Positions 51,801 to 64,000 of a DNA stretch of 64,000 nucleotides are shown in pieces. The stretch spans positions 156,924,001-156,988,000 of the forward strand of contig NC_086097.1 of NCBI RefSeq assembly GCF_963921235.1, written 5' to 3'. The stretch comes from Mobula hypostoma (taxonomy: Eukaryota). The translations under genes were made by a program, and so were the position numbers. Under the pieces are notes generated by a model. The model did not search any database. It was not told the origin of the DNA and saw nothing but the letters and a program-made list of their open reading frames with translations. Within the stretch, counting starts at the first letter, position 1. Each line of letters starts with the position of its first letter.

Positions 51801-54379
51801 TTCTTAGGATTTGTAGGAGTCTCTGGGATTCCCTGGTACATATTCTTGCAATATCGAAATGGATCACCATGTATATGATGTAATAGAATCAATCTTAAAA
51901 GTTAGTGACAAAATATTAATTGAAATGGCCCAGCTCTCTTATGGAAAATAAATTATCAGTCATGCATTTTTTAAAAATAAATGTAATCAATTAATTTGCT
52001 GCAATCCCTTGTTTATTAATTACATTGATTTTATGTTAAGTTGTTTTCTAAATATAGCACTCCAGGATTTTTATTTGCTTACACATTCATGCCCAATTGC
52101 TCTATTGTCTTTTGTCTCAGCTGCATTCTACTCTTTTTTCCAGTGAAGAGAACAAACAAACAATGGGAAATCAGCTCAGCTAGAACTGCAAAGCTCTTTG
52201 CCTCGTTCTAGACATCAATATTAAGTAATTCTGACAGAATTAGTGGTTGTGAACAATTCTGTTTTAGACAGGGGTATTTTTGGCCATTTCTACTCCATCC
52301 ACCATGAAATAACCATTATTGGATCCCTTAGAACTGTAGACATTGATAGCATAAGAATATAAGAAATTGAGCAGAAGGAGATGGTATGGTTTTTGTGCCT
52401 ATTTCATTATTCAGGAAGGTGATGGATGATCTTCAATTTCAGTGCCACGTTCCTGCATCTTCTTTATCCCTTGGTGCCCTGAGGTCGAAAAAAACCTATC
52501 AATCTCAGTTGTAAATATTCACAAGTCTCTGACGTAAAAGAATCTTGAGATTTAATTCTTGGTAAATGAAGAATTTTTCATAATGTCAATTCCTTTAGCT
52601 TGTCACTTTAGTCAGAGAAAATAGAGTTTCGTGTCAGCTTCCTTTTAAAGTAGCCCAGAACCTTAAATGTTTCACTGAGATACCTCATTCTTATGATGTC
52701 CGAAGTGTATAAAGACATGCCATTCAATGTCTCATTGTACAAGACCCTCATTCCAGGAATTAATCCAATGAACCATTACCCCTGTGACATTGTACTCTTC
52801 ACCATCTAGTATAAAACGGCACATATTATTCTTGTGCCTTATCAAAGCCCTGCAGCAAGACTCACCTTCTTTTATACTCCAAAGAAGTGCTAAAGTTACA
52901 CAGTCGGTGTGGAATAGATCCCAAAGTAAAAAGCAGGTCTAATGATATGGAAGGTACCCTCCATCATACTTTCACTACCATCTCACCCTTCATTTCTGTT
53001 TGCTACATACTAGCACACGTCATTGACTTGCCTGAACATGTAGGACAAATCAAACTACTGGTGTTATATATCTTCCACTTTAATGCAGCATTTTAACCCA
53101 GGGTCCTTTCTCAAAAGTTCCCATCTCTTTCCAATAATGGCATTTGCCCTGCTAATTACTTACTGTCCCTGGATGTTTACTATTTCAATTTTCTTCAAAC
53201 ATTTCCCACGACCTTCTGAACACCAACAATTAATAGTGGCACATAATTAAGAAATATATTCTAGATTATAAATGCATTGCGATTTCCAGTAAACTATCCC
53301 ATGGTTCTGATGAAATATCATTGCCCCGAGTCTCTCATCACAGATACAGTCTTGCCTAATAAATATTTCCAATGTTTTCTAATTTCAGATTCCAGCAATC
53401 AATACTACGTATTTGCTTTCAGACTTAAATAGAAATGTAAGTTCATCATTGTATAAAAAGTGATAAAAAAAAAAGATGTAAGGCAGATGATATTCTAAGC
53501 CTCTTGCAGTTCAAGTGGTTTCTGTAGATTCCAGTGATTACATCCTTTTCCTCTTCGGCTACACAACATATTTTAACAGTTGCTTCATGAACTATGTACA
53601 GGGAAATGGATATTATTCTCATGTAATTGGAGCATTGTCCTCAGGAGAATAGTTTAATTTTTGTGTTTATCGGACTGAAGTGATGAGACGTGAAATATAT
53701 TTCCATTTTTAATGCACAACAGAGCTATTAATGTTATGGTGGATGCCTGCAGCACTGAAGCAAATAGAGCCCCATTCCCTGTGTTATCTACCACAAAGAC
53801 ATGTGATCCTATAATATACCGAGTTATAAGATAGATTTGTGATTAGCCAGTGGCAACAGTTCTGAGGGCTTGTCTACTGACTAGGTAGCAAAGCCCATAA
53901 AGAAAGCTGCATTTACGAAATGTACAAGTCCAAACTCAAATTAAGATGACTGGGTTAGTCCTTTGTAAATTGTGACAATTGCGATTAATTTTACAGGCAT
54001 AATTTGTGCTATGTAATTAACCTATGCACAGTGCATTTTGTTGGTGTAATAATCCTTCTCATCATTTCACCTTATCTTATTCCTAAAGAGTCCGCTCTTT
54101 ATTTTGAGACTATGAGCTCAGATTCTAGACATATCAGCAACCAGACACATCCTTTCTGCATCCACCCTGTTGAATCATGGAATCAGGGTCTTGGAGAGGT
54201 TTCCAATAGACCTTCATTTATTCTTCTAAACTTTGCGGTACAAATCATAGCATTATGCCTGATTAATGTGACATTTTTTGTCAATTAAATAATGTGGATT
54301 AAAAAGGTAATATTTGTTATGAAACTATAGCAATAAAATTCATTATCAAATTTAGTTAAATCTACCAACATTACTAGAA

Positions 54380-55312
54380 GGCCTAGCTTTGAGGTAAAAG
54401 GCAGAAAGTTTAAAGGGAATGTGCAGAGCAAATTTTGTTTTATGTAAGAGTGTTCGGTGCCTGGAATGTGCTGTCAGGGGTGGTGGTGCAAGCAGACACA
54501 ATAGTGGTGTTTAAGAGGCTTCCAGACGTGCACATGAATATGCTAAAAATAGAAGGATATGGGTCATAAGCCAGATTAATTTGGCATCATGCACTGCACA
54601 GACACTGTGGACAAAAGGACTGTTTCTATGCTGCACAGTTTTAGAGAAGACTAGCACCTGTTGTTCATCCCTAATTCCATTCTGAATTTCATGACGTGCG
54701 GGGCCATTTTACAAGGATGTTAACAGTTGCTTTCACAGGTGGGTCTGGATCACATATGGGTAACGGTGCAGATACCCTGATGAGCAGTAATGAGCAATAT
54801 GTGTTTTCACTATGATGTAGGTCATACAGTGGTACAGCTGGTGGACCTGCTGCCTCAAAACTCCAGTGACAGGGTCCAATTCCGACCACAGGTGCTACCT
54901 GTGTATAGTATGCTTATTAGAATATAAAACATAGAACAGTACAACACAGGAATAGGTCACTCGGCCATGATGTAGTGATGAACTAATTAAACTAATAAGT
55001 AAAAGAATTCTAAATTAGTACCTCCCACCTACACAAGTCCATATCATTTGATTCACTACATATTCATTTACCTATCTAAGAGCCTCTTAAATGTTTCTAT
55101 CATATTTGTCTACATTACCACCCCTGACAGCGCATTTCAGTCATCCACCATTCTCTGTGTAAAAACCTTGCATGCACTCCTCCTTTGAATTTAGCCCCTC
55201 GAACCTTAAATACTTGCCCTCTATTATTAGACATTTTGATCCTGGGCAAAAGATGCTCACTGTCTATCTGTTTATGCCCTTCATAATCTTATAAACCTCT
55301 ATCATAACTCCC
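54380..55312. mobile_element. CR1 3' end (+, to ~54640), SINE head (54822-54915), CR1 3' end (-, 54925-55312)
   Basis: CR1 3' UTR motifs on each strand; tRNA-like head. Confidence 0.65.
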
Positions 55313-55319
55313 TAAACCT

Positions 55320-57060
55320 CACATTAAAGGAGTATTATGAACAAAGCAAATGAGCTTAGAGCGTGGATCAGTATTTGGAGCTATGATGTTGTGGCCATTA
55401 CAGAGATTTGGATGGTGCAGGGGCAGGAATAGCTACTTCAAGTGCCAGGCTTTAGTGTCATGGCTGCAGAAAAGGTGGACGGAAAAGGAATAGGAAGGGG
55501 TCAATAACCCTACTGGGTGTTTTTTATAAACTACCCAATAATAACAGGGACATCGAGGAGCAGATAAGGAGACAGTTTCTGTAAAGGTGTGATAACAACA
55601 GGATTGTTGTGGTGGGAGATTTTAATTTCCCGAATACTGCTTGGCATCTCCCTAGAGTGAGGAGTTTAGAAGGGGAGGAGATTGGTAGGTGCATTCAGGA
55701 AGGTTTCTTGACACAACATGTAGATAAGCCTATAACAAGAGAGGCTGTACTTAATCTGGAATTGGGAAATGAACCTGGTCAGGTGTCAAGTCTCTCTGTG
55801 GGAGAGTATTTTGGAGACAGTGATCACAATTCTATCTCCTTTACCACAGCATTGGAGAGGAATAGGAACAGACAGGTTAGGGAAACGTTTAATTGGAGTA
55901 AGGGAAAATGTGAGGCTATCAGGCAGGAACTTGGAAACATAAATTGGAAACAAATGTTCTCAGGGAAACAGACAGAAGAAATGTGACAAATGTTCAGGGG
56001 GTACGTTCCAATGAGACAGGGAACAGGAACTGTGGTGTACAAAGGCTGTTGTAAATCTAGTCAAGAAGACAAGAATAGCTTAGGAAAGTTTCAAAAAACT
56101 TGGTAATGATAGAGACCTAGAAGATTATAAGGCTAGCAGGAGGGAGCTTAAGAATGAAATTAGGAGAGCCAGGAGGGGCCATGAGATGGCCTTGATGGAC
56201 TGGATTAAGGAAAACCCACAGGCATTCTACAAGTAAGTGAAGAGCAAGAAGGTAAGACGTGAGAGAATAGGACCAATCAAGTGTGACAGTGGAAAAGTGT
56301 GTATGGAACTGGAGGAGATAGCAGAGGTACTTAATGAATACTTTGCTTCAGTATTCACTTCAGAAAAGGATCTTGGCGATTGTAAGGATGAATAGCAGCG
56401 GACTGAAAAGCTTGATCATGTAGATAGTAAGGAAGAGGATGTCCCGAATCTTTTGGAAAGTATCAAGAAGGATAAGTCACCGGGACTGGACGGGATGTAC
56501 CCCAGGCTACTGTGGGAAGCGAGGGAGGAGATTGCTGAGCCTCTGGCGATAATCTTTGCATCATCAATGAGGATGGGAAAGGTTCCAGCGGATTGGAGGG
56601 TTGCAGATGTTGTTCCCTTATTCAAGAAAGGGAGTAGAGATGGCCCAGGAAATTATAGGCCAGTGGTTGGTAAGTTGATGGAGAAGATCCTGCGAGGCAG
56701 GATTTATGAACATTTGGAGAGGCATAATATGACTAGGAATAGTCAGCATGGCTTTGTCAAAGGCAGGTTGTACCTTATGAGCCTGATGGAATTTTTTGAG
56801 GATGTGACGAAACACATTGATGAAGGTAGAGCCGTAGATGTAGTGTACATGGATTTCAGCAAGGAAGTTGATAAGGTACCCCATGCAAGGCTTATTGAGA
56901 AAGTAAGGAGGCATAAGATCCAAGGGGACCTTGCTTTGAAAATCCAGAATTGGCTTGCCCATAGAAGGCAAAGAGTGGTTGTAGACGGATCATATTCTGC
57001 ATGGAGTCTGGTGACCAGTCGTGTGTCTCAGGGATCTGTTCTGGGACCCCTTCACTTCGT
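55320..57060 (+). mobile_element. CR1 ORF2 (APE plus RT N-half), 3'-deleted
   Basis: YDVVAITE, VGDFN, SDHN, KSPGLDG, YMDFSKEVDKVPH, SQGSVLGPL, then an abrupt end. Confidence 0.92.
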
Positions 57061-59845
57061 CTCACTAGACCCTCTGTTCCCTACTATTTCCGGAAGATTA
57101 TTTATGTCCTCCTTCGTGAAGATAGAACCAAAGAAGTTATTCAATTGGTCTGCCATGTCCTTGTTCCCCAAAATCAATTCATCTGTTTCTGTCTGTAGGG
57201 GACCTACATTTGTCTTAACCAATCTTTTTCTTTTCACATATCTATAAAAGCCTTTACAGTCAGTTTTTATGTTCCCTGCCAGTTTTCTCTCATAATCCTT
57301 TTTCTCTTTCCTAATTAAGCCCTTTGTCCTCCTCTGCTGGACCCTGAATTTCTCCCAGTCCTCAGGTGAGCTGCATTTCTGGCTAATTTGTATGCTTCTT
57401 CTTTGGAATTGATACTATCCCTAATTTCCCTTGTCAGCTACGGGTGCACTACCTTCCCTGATTTATTTTTTTGCTAAACTGGGATGAACAATTGTTGTAG
57501 TTCATCCATGCGATCTTTAAATGCTTGCCATTGCATATCCACTGTCAACCCTTTAAGTATCATTTGCCAGTCTATTTTAGCTAATTCACATCTCATACCT
57601 TCAAAGTTACCCTTCTTTAAGTTCAGAACCTTTGTTTCTGAATTAACTATGTCACTCTCCATCTTAATGAAGAGTTCCACCATATTATGGTCACAAACAA
57701 CAGGAATTCTGCAGTTGCTGGAAATTCAAGCAACACACATCAAAGTTGCTGGTGAACGCAGCAGGCCAGGCAGCAACTTTGATATTATGGTCACTCTTAC
57801 CCAAGGGGCCTCTCACGACAAGATTGCCAATTAACCCTTCCTCATTGCTCAATACCCAGTCTAGAATAGCCTGCACTCTATTTGGTTCCTCGACATGTTG
57901 GTTCAAAAAACCATCCCACATACATTCCAAGAAATCCTCTTCCTCAGCACCCTTACCAATTTGGTTCACCCAATCTATATGTAGATTGAAGTCACCCATT
58001 ATAACTGCTGTTCCTTTATTGCATGCATTTCTGATTTCCTGTTTAATGCCATCCCCAACCTCACTAGTACTGTTAGGTGGCCAGTACACAACTCCCACCA
58101 GCGTTTTCTGCCCCTTAGTGTTATGCAGCTCTACCCATATCGATTGCTCATCCTCCCGGCTAATGTCCTTCCTTTCTATTCCATTAATTTCCTCTCTAAC
58201 CAGCCATGCTACCCCACCTCCTTTTCTTTCATGTCTATCCCTCCTGAATATTGAATATCCCTGAATGTTGAGCTCCCATCCTTGGTCACCCTGGAGCCAT
58301 GTCTCTGTGATCCCAACTATATCATAATCATTAATAACAATCTGCACTTTTAGTTAATCCACCTTGTTACGAATACTCCTTGCATTGACACACAAAGCCT
58401 TCAGGCTCACTTTTACAACAATCTTAGCCCTTATACAATTATGTTGAAAAGTGGCCCTTTTTGATTTTTGCCCTGGATTTGCTGGCCTGCACCTTTACTT
58501 TTCACCTTACTACTTTTTGCTTCTACCCTCATTTTACACCCCTCTGTCTTTCTGCACTTGTTCCCATCCCCCTTTTGTAAACTAACCTCCTCTCTCCTAG
58601 TCTCTTTAATTTGATTCCCACCCCCCAACCATTCTAGTTTAAAGTTACATCAGTAGCCCTCGCAAATCTCCCCGCCAGGATATTGGTCCCCCTAGGATTC
58701 AAGTATAAGCCGTCCTTTTTGTACAGGTCACACCTGCGTCAAAAGAGGTCCCAATGATCCAAAAACTTGAATCCCTGACCCCTGCTCCAATCCCTCAGCC
58801 ACGCATTTATCCTCCACCTCATTGCATTCCTACTCGCACTGTCGCGTAGCACAGGCAGTAATCCCGAGATTATTACCTTTGCAGTCCTTTTTCTCAACTC
58901 TCTTCCTAACTCCCTATATTCTCCTTTCAGCACCTATTCCCTTTTCCTACCTATATGTACCACGACCTCTGGCTCCTCACCCTCCCACTTCAGGATATCT
59001 TGGACGCGATCAGAAATATCCCGGACCCTGGCACCAGGGAGGCAAACTACCATCCGGGTCTCTGCGTCCACAGAATCGCCGATCTGACCCCCTTATTATC
59101 GAGTCCCCTATTACAACTGCCCTCCTCTTCCTTTCGCTACCCTTCTGAGCTACAGGGCCAGACTCTGTGCCGGAGGCACGGCCACTGTCGCTTCCTCCAG
59201 GTAAGCTGTCCCCCCCAACAGTACTCAAACAGGAGTACCTATTGTCAAGGGGCACAGCCACTGGGGTACTCTCTAGTACCTGACTCTTCCCCTTCCCCCT
59301 CCTAACCGTGACCCACTTGTCTGCCTCCTGTGGCCCCGGTGTGACCACCTGCCTGTAACTCCTCTCTATCAACTCCTCACTCTTCCTGACCAGACGAAGG
59401 TCATTGAGCTGCAGCTCCAGTTCCCTAACGTGGTCCCTTAGGAGCTGCATCTCGGCACACCTGGTGCAGATGTGGACGTCCGGGAGGCTTGGGAGACTCC
59501 AGGACCTCCCACATCTGGCACCAAGAACAACAAACTGCCCTCACACTCATACTGCCCCTCTCCTCAAATAACATCAAAAAATGAATACCAAACCTTCCTT
59601 GCCTCACCCGTTTCTGCCTAAACCCGTTGAGCCGAAGCCCTCAAGCCTTCACTCTGCTTCCGGCTCACTACGCTGCCCGCTGTATAAGGCTCTGTTCCTT
59701 TTAAATCTTCCGCGCTTCACTGCCCGACGTCACACGCCTGCGCAGTCCCGCCTCTCTGAACGCCGATGGAGGAATAAAACGAAAAATTCAAAAATGGCTT
59801 CCTCCGCACTCCCGCTCCGATTCTCAGACTTCCTTCTCCGAATTA
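57055..59845 (-). mobile_element. CR1 5' half: 5' UTR, ORF1 (Zn finger/leucine zipper/SGNH esterase), APE; 3'-deleted
   Basis: CCSWCQMWE, LRDHVRELELQLNDL, VVIGDSIIRG; DIVGITETW, KGGGV, MGDFN, SDHN. Confidence 0.95.
57695..57781. mobile_element. 87-bp mini Penelope-like insertion
   Basis: 13-bp TSD ATATTATGGTCAC at 57682 and 57782. Confidence 0.92.
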
Positions 59846-60850
59846 CCAGAGTGAGATAAGGCACCTGACTGAGTGGTGCCACAATAATAATTTCTCGCTC
59901 AGTGGCAGAAAAACTAAAGAGCTGATTGTAGACTTCAAGAAAAGGAAGGAGGGTGAACGTGTTACAGACTGCAATGAGAGCTTGGCAGTAGAGAAAGTCA
60001 GCAGCTTGAAATTTCAGGGCAGTAACAGATCAAGTGTCTTAGGTCCAGAACATAGATGTAATCATAAGGAAAGAATTCCAGTGTCCTTACTTCCTTAGGA
60101 GGCTAAGGAGGTTGGGGCTGTTACTGAACACTCTAAAAAAACTTCTATGGATGTACTTTTGAAAGCATTGTGGTCTGGAATGGCAATTCAAATGTGCAGG
60201 AATGCAGCAACTGCACCTTCTAACAATCCACATCAGGAATTGGAGCTGGAACTGCGGGTCATTCGAGAGGCTGAGGGGGTGATAGATAAGACATACAGAG
60301 AAGTAGTTACACACAAGGCACAAGACACAGGAAACTGGGTGACAGTCAGGAAGGGGAAATGTGTTAAACAGTCAGTGCAAAGTACACCTGTGACCATCCC
60401 TCTCAACAACAGGTAGATTACTCTTGATACTGTTGCAGGGCCTGAACTAGCAGAGGAAAGGCATAGTGGTCGGGTGTTTGCTAAGGTCATGGGTTAAGAG
60501 TGAAAGATGAAAAGTTTAAGGGCAACATGAGGGGAAGCTTCTTCACTCTGAGTGTGTGGAATGAGCCGCCAGCGCAGGTGGTGCATGTGAGCTTGATTTC
60601 AATGTTTAAGCAAAGTTTGGATAGGTACATGGATGGTGGAGAGATGGATGGCTATGGTCCCAGTGCATATTGATGGGAGAAGACAGTTTAAATTGTTACA
60701 GCATGGACTAGGTGGACCGAATGGCCTGTTTCTGTGCTGTACTTCTCTATAACTCAGTGACTTGAATACGAGAAGCTGTAGACAATAGGAGATTCTGCCC
60801 AATACATCACAGGTATATCCCTTCTCACCACTGGTAGTTTCTACAAGAGG
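59846..60850 (+). mobile_element. Rex1-like fragment containing an internally deleted CR1 (~60205-60760)
   Basis: KTKELIVDFK; QELELELRVIREAE ORF1 piece joined to a CR1 3' UTR. Confidence 0.7.
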
Positions 60851-61741
60851 GCAACAATTATCAATGTTTTTATTTCTCATTTCTAATACCTACAGATGTT
60901 TCTGTACTCTTTTAAACCTTTCACTTCTCCATGGCTTCAGGAATGGTGAAGGACTGCTAACATTGTGAAGAGAGAGAAAAAGATAAACTAAATCATTGTA
61001 GACCAATCAGATTAACTTCAGTGATGATCAAATTATTAAAATCAATTCTAATTGTTTATATAAACCTTCATAGAAAGGTACATATTCACCAGGGCATTTG
61101 GCATGGATTCATTAAGGGAAGGTTGTTTACAATTATTTCTGAGGAGGTGATCTCGGAGATCAGTGTACTTGATTTAAATAAGGTTTTATGTATTTACTAC
61201 CAGATTACAGAAGTAGAAACCAAAGGATTTAAAGGGAGAATAGTGAATAGGTCACAACATTTTTTTTTAGTGGTGGGCTAATAACTGATCAAGTGGAGAC
61301 ACTGCATCTGGGAGCACATTGACAACCTTTCATTGGTTTGAGTACAGAATGGAACCCAGCAATGATGATGGGAAGAGCTCTATACCATTCACATTACCAG
61401 CCTGCTTGCTTCAGTAATGACTTTCTCTGCCCCCTCTATAGCAGAATCTGCTGGCCCAAAATTGGACTTATCAGTCAAAGAGAACACAAACTATCTGAGG
61501 TAAGTCATTCTCAATCTAGGGTGAAAGCATAAGAAGAAAACTTTAAGATCATTTCCAAACAATTATATTTTCAAATCCACACTGATGTTCTTGAACTTTG
61601 CAAATTCTACAATATGTCCTTGATAGAAGGTGTTTCATAGAGTCTTCAATGAAAATTGTTAACCACCGTTTAAAATATAGAACTGAAGACAGGCATATGA
61701 AGAACCAGGACTGCCATTCTCTGTCATAGCGCTTTATCAGT

Positions 61742-61875
61742 ATCAGAATCAGAATCAGGTTTAATATCACCAGCACATTTTGTGAAATTTATGACTTTGT
61801 GGCAGCAGTACAATGCAATACATAATAAAAGAGAAAAAAAACAATGAATTACAGTTTTATATATATATATATATA

Positions 61876-61916
<41 letters not shown>

Positions 61917-62156
61917 CAATTATTAGTTCAATATCCATTCAGAAATCAGATGGCAGAGGGGAAGTAGCTTTTTCTGAATCATTGAGTGTAGAAATGAGAA
62001 CAAGACATGACTTGGGTGATGGGGGTCCTTAATGATGGACGCCACCTTTGTGAGATATCACTCCTTGAAGATGTCCTGGACACTTCGGACACTAGTGCTC
62101 ATGATGGAGCTGACTAAGTTTACAATTCTCTGCTACTTACTTCAATCCTGTCCAGT
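61742..62156 (-). mobile_element. Rex1/Babar-like 3' end, with (AT)n at ~61859-61912
   Basis: (AATCAG)n tail and shared body. Confidence 0.8.
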
Positions 62157-62164
62157 AGCCATGA

Positions 62165-63161
62165 CTCTAGATCGAGATTCGAAAGACCTCTGCCTAATCA
62201 GAAATCCGTACTGGGAACAAACTGTTGGTGTAAGAACAGATAGAGAAGTGAATCAGTTTACAAAAATCAAGAGAGGCATTAGACAAGGGTATGTTTTCTC
62301 CTCTGATTTATTTAATGTGTACAGTGAAACAATATTACAAAAAATAAGAGACAAAGTTGGCGGTGAAAACATCAATAACTTCAGATATGCAGATGACACT
62401 ATGTTAATTGCAAATACAGAGGAAGAACTACAAAACTTAATTGATATAGTTGTTGAAGGAAGAGCAAAAATGGGTCTAGCTATCAATTGCAAAAAGACAG
62501 AATGTATGGTGATATCCAAAAAGAAGGAGAATCCTCTCTGCGGGCTGAGAATAAATGGGGAAAACATAAAACAAGTACAGAACTTTTGCTACTTAGGAAG
62601 CTGGGTGAGATCAGATGGTAGGTGCGACATGGACATCAAAAGAAGAATAGGGATGGCAAAAGACATCTTTACGAGAATGAAGAGTATACTGACCAATACT
62701 AAACTAGGCATGACAATCCGCCTCAGGGTACTGAAATGTTACGTTTATCCAGTTCTGTTATATGGCTCAGAATGTTGGACAATATCTAGTAACATGAAGA
62801 AATGTACTGAAGCAGCAGAGATGTGGTTTTTGAGAAGGATGCAAAGAATATCATGGACAAAACAAATATCTAACGAGGATGTCATGAACACAAAAAGAGA
62901 AATAATGTATGAGATCATGAAAAGGCAACATAACTTCTTTGGACATGTGATTAGGAAAGAGGAGTTAGAATGCACAATAATTATGGGAAAGATTGAAGGG
63001 AAGAAAGCAAGAGGAAAACAAAGACAAATGATGATTGAGACAGCCGCCAGAGAACTGGAAATGAATACCAGTGAATTGATCCACTTGACCCGAAACAGGA
63101 GTGTGTGGGCCATGGCAGTCAAAGCTCAAACTGGGCACGGCACCTGATGATGATGGTGATG
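62165..63161 (+). mobile_element. RTE-clade LINE, 5'-truncated, ORF open to the stop at 63147
   Basis: RGIRQG, FRYADD, YLGS, LLYGSECWT, EAAEMWFLRRM, GKIEGKKARGKQR; (TGA)n tail; TSD AGCCATGA at 62157 and 63162. Confidence 0.93.
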
Positions 63162-63279
63162 AGCCATGAAACATTGATCTTTCAGCATCTGGACGACTGC
63201 AAATGTGATGGTGATTCTATTAGTTTCAAACCTAACATCCGTCTCTCTAACAATGAAACTAATGTCAAGAATACATGAG

Positions 63280-63750
63280 AAGTGTTGCACTCAATGTTGG
63301 TAAGACGAAAGAGCTGATTGTGGACTTTTGGCGGGGTAAGACAAGGGAACACGAACCAGTCCTCATAGAGGGATCAGGAGTGGAAGAAGTTCAAGTTTCT
63401 GGGTGTCAAGATCTCTGTGGATCTAACCTGGTCCCAACATATCAATGCAGCTATAAACTAGGCAAGACAGCAAATATATTTCGTTAGGAATTTGAAGAGA
63501 TTTGGTTTGTCAACAAAAACACTCAAAAACTTCTAGCATTCTGACAGGCTGCATCACTATCTGATATGGGGCGGGGCGGGGGGGGGGTGCTATTCCACAG
63601 GACCGAAAGAAGTTACATAAAATTGTAAAATCAGTCAGCTCCATCTTATGTGCTTACGTCCATAGTATCCAAGACACCTTCAAGCAGCAGTGTGTTAGAA
63701 AGGCAATGTCCATTATTAAGGACCTCCACCAACCAGGGCATGCCCTGTTG
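63280..63750 (+). mobile_element. Rex1/Babar-like fragment
   Basis: LNVGKTKELIVDF; SIQDTFKQQCVRKAMSIIKDLHQPGHAL. Confidence 0.85.
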
Positions 63751-64000
63751 ACCATAAACCCTTAAAACCATAAGACATAGGAGTAGAATTAGGCTATTTA
63801 GTCCATCGAATCTGCTCCGCCCTTCCATCATGGCCAATCCTGGATCTCACTCAACCCCATGTACCTGCCTTCTTGCTAAATCCTTTAGTTCACTGACTGA
63901 TCAGAAAGCTATCAACTTCCGCCTTTAATATACCCATGGACTTGGACTTCACTTTAGTCTGTGGCAGAGCATTCCACAGATTCACAACTCTCTGGCTAAA
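63751..64000 (-). mobile_element. CR1 3' end (runs off the window)
   Basis: accataagacataggagtagaattaggc tail, as at 37150. Confidence 0.85.

Noticed and set aside
62032..63147. 371-aa ORF as a host gene
   Set aside because: Chance fusion of antisense Rex1 sequence (first ~44 codons) to a truncated RTE RT

Overview
Repeat-dense vertebrate genomic DNA with no supportable host protein-coding gene. Its repeat set (CR1, Rex1/Babar, V-SINE, Deu-domain SINE, Neptune-type Penelope) points to a cartilaginous fish, probably a ray (inference). Main contents: (1) a two-LTR Gypsy chromovirus of the Tf1/sushi type (13109-17676, GACAG TSD) with an 11-nt self-priming PBS and a clean deletion of the RT core; (2) a second, decayed chromovirus (~45290-48820); (3) a Penelope-like family whose insertions share a two-armed inverted architecture, exactly 13-bp TSDs and a minimal hammerhead ribozyme; (4) many CR1 and Rex1/Babar fragments, an RNase H-bearing I/Nimb LINE, an RTE LINE, L1/Tx1 3' ends, a solo LTR and a composite Tc1/mariner-like MITE. 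Repeat-free islands between these are candidate conserved non-coding elements. Family names come from motif recognition, not database searches. Boundaries are approximate where no TSD fixes them.
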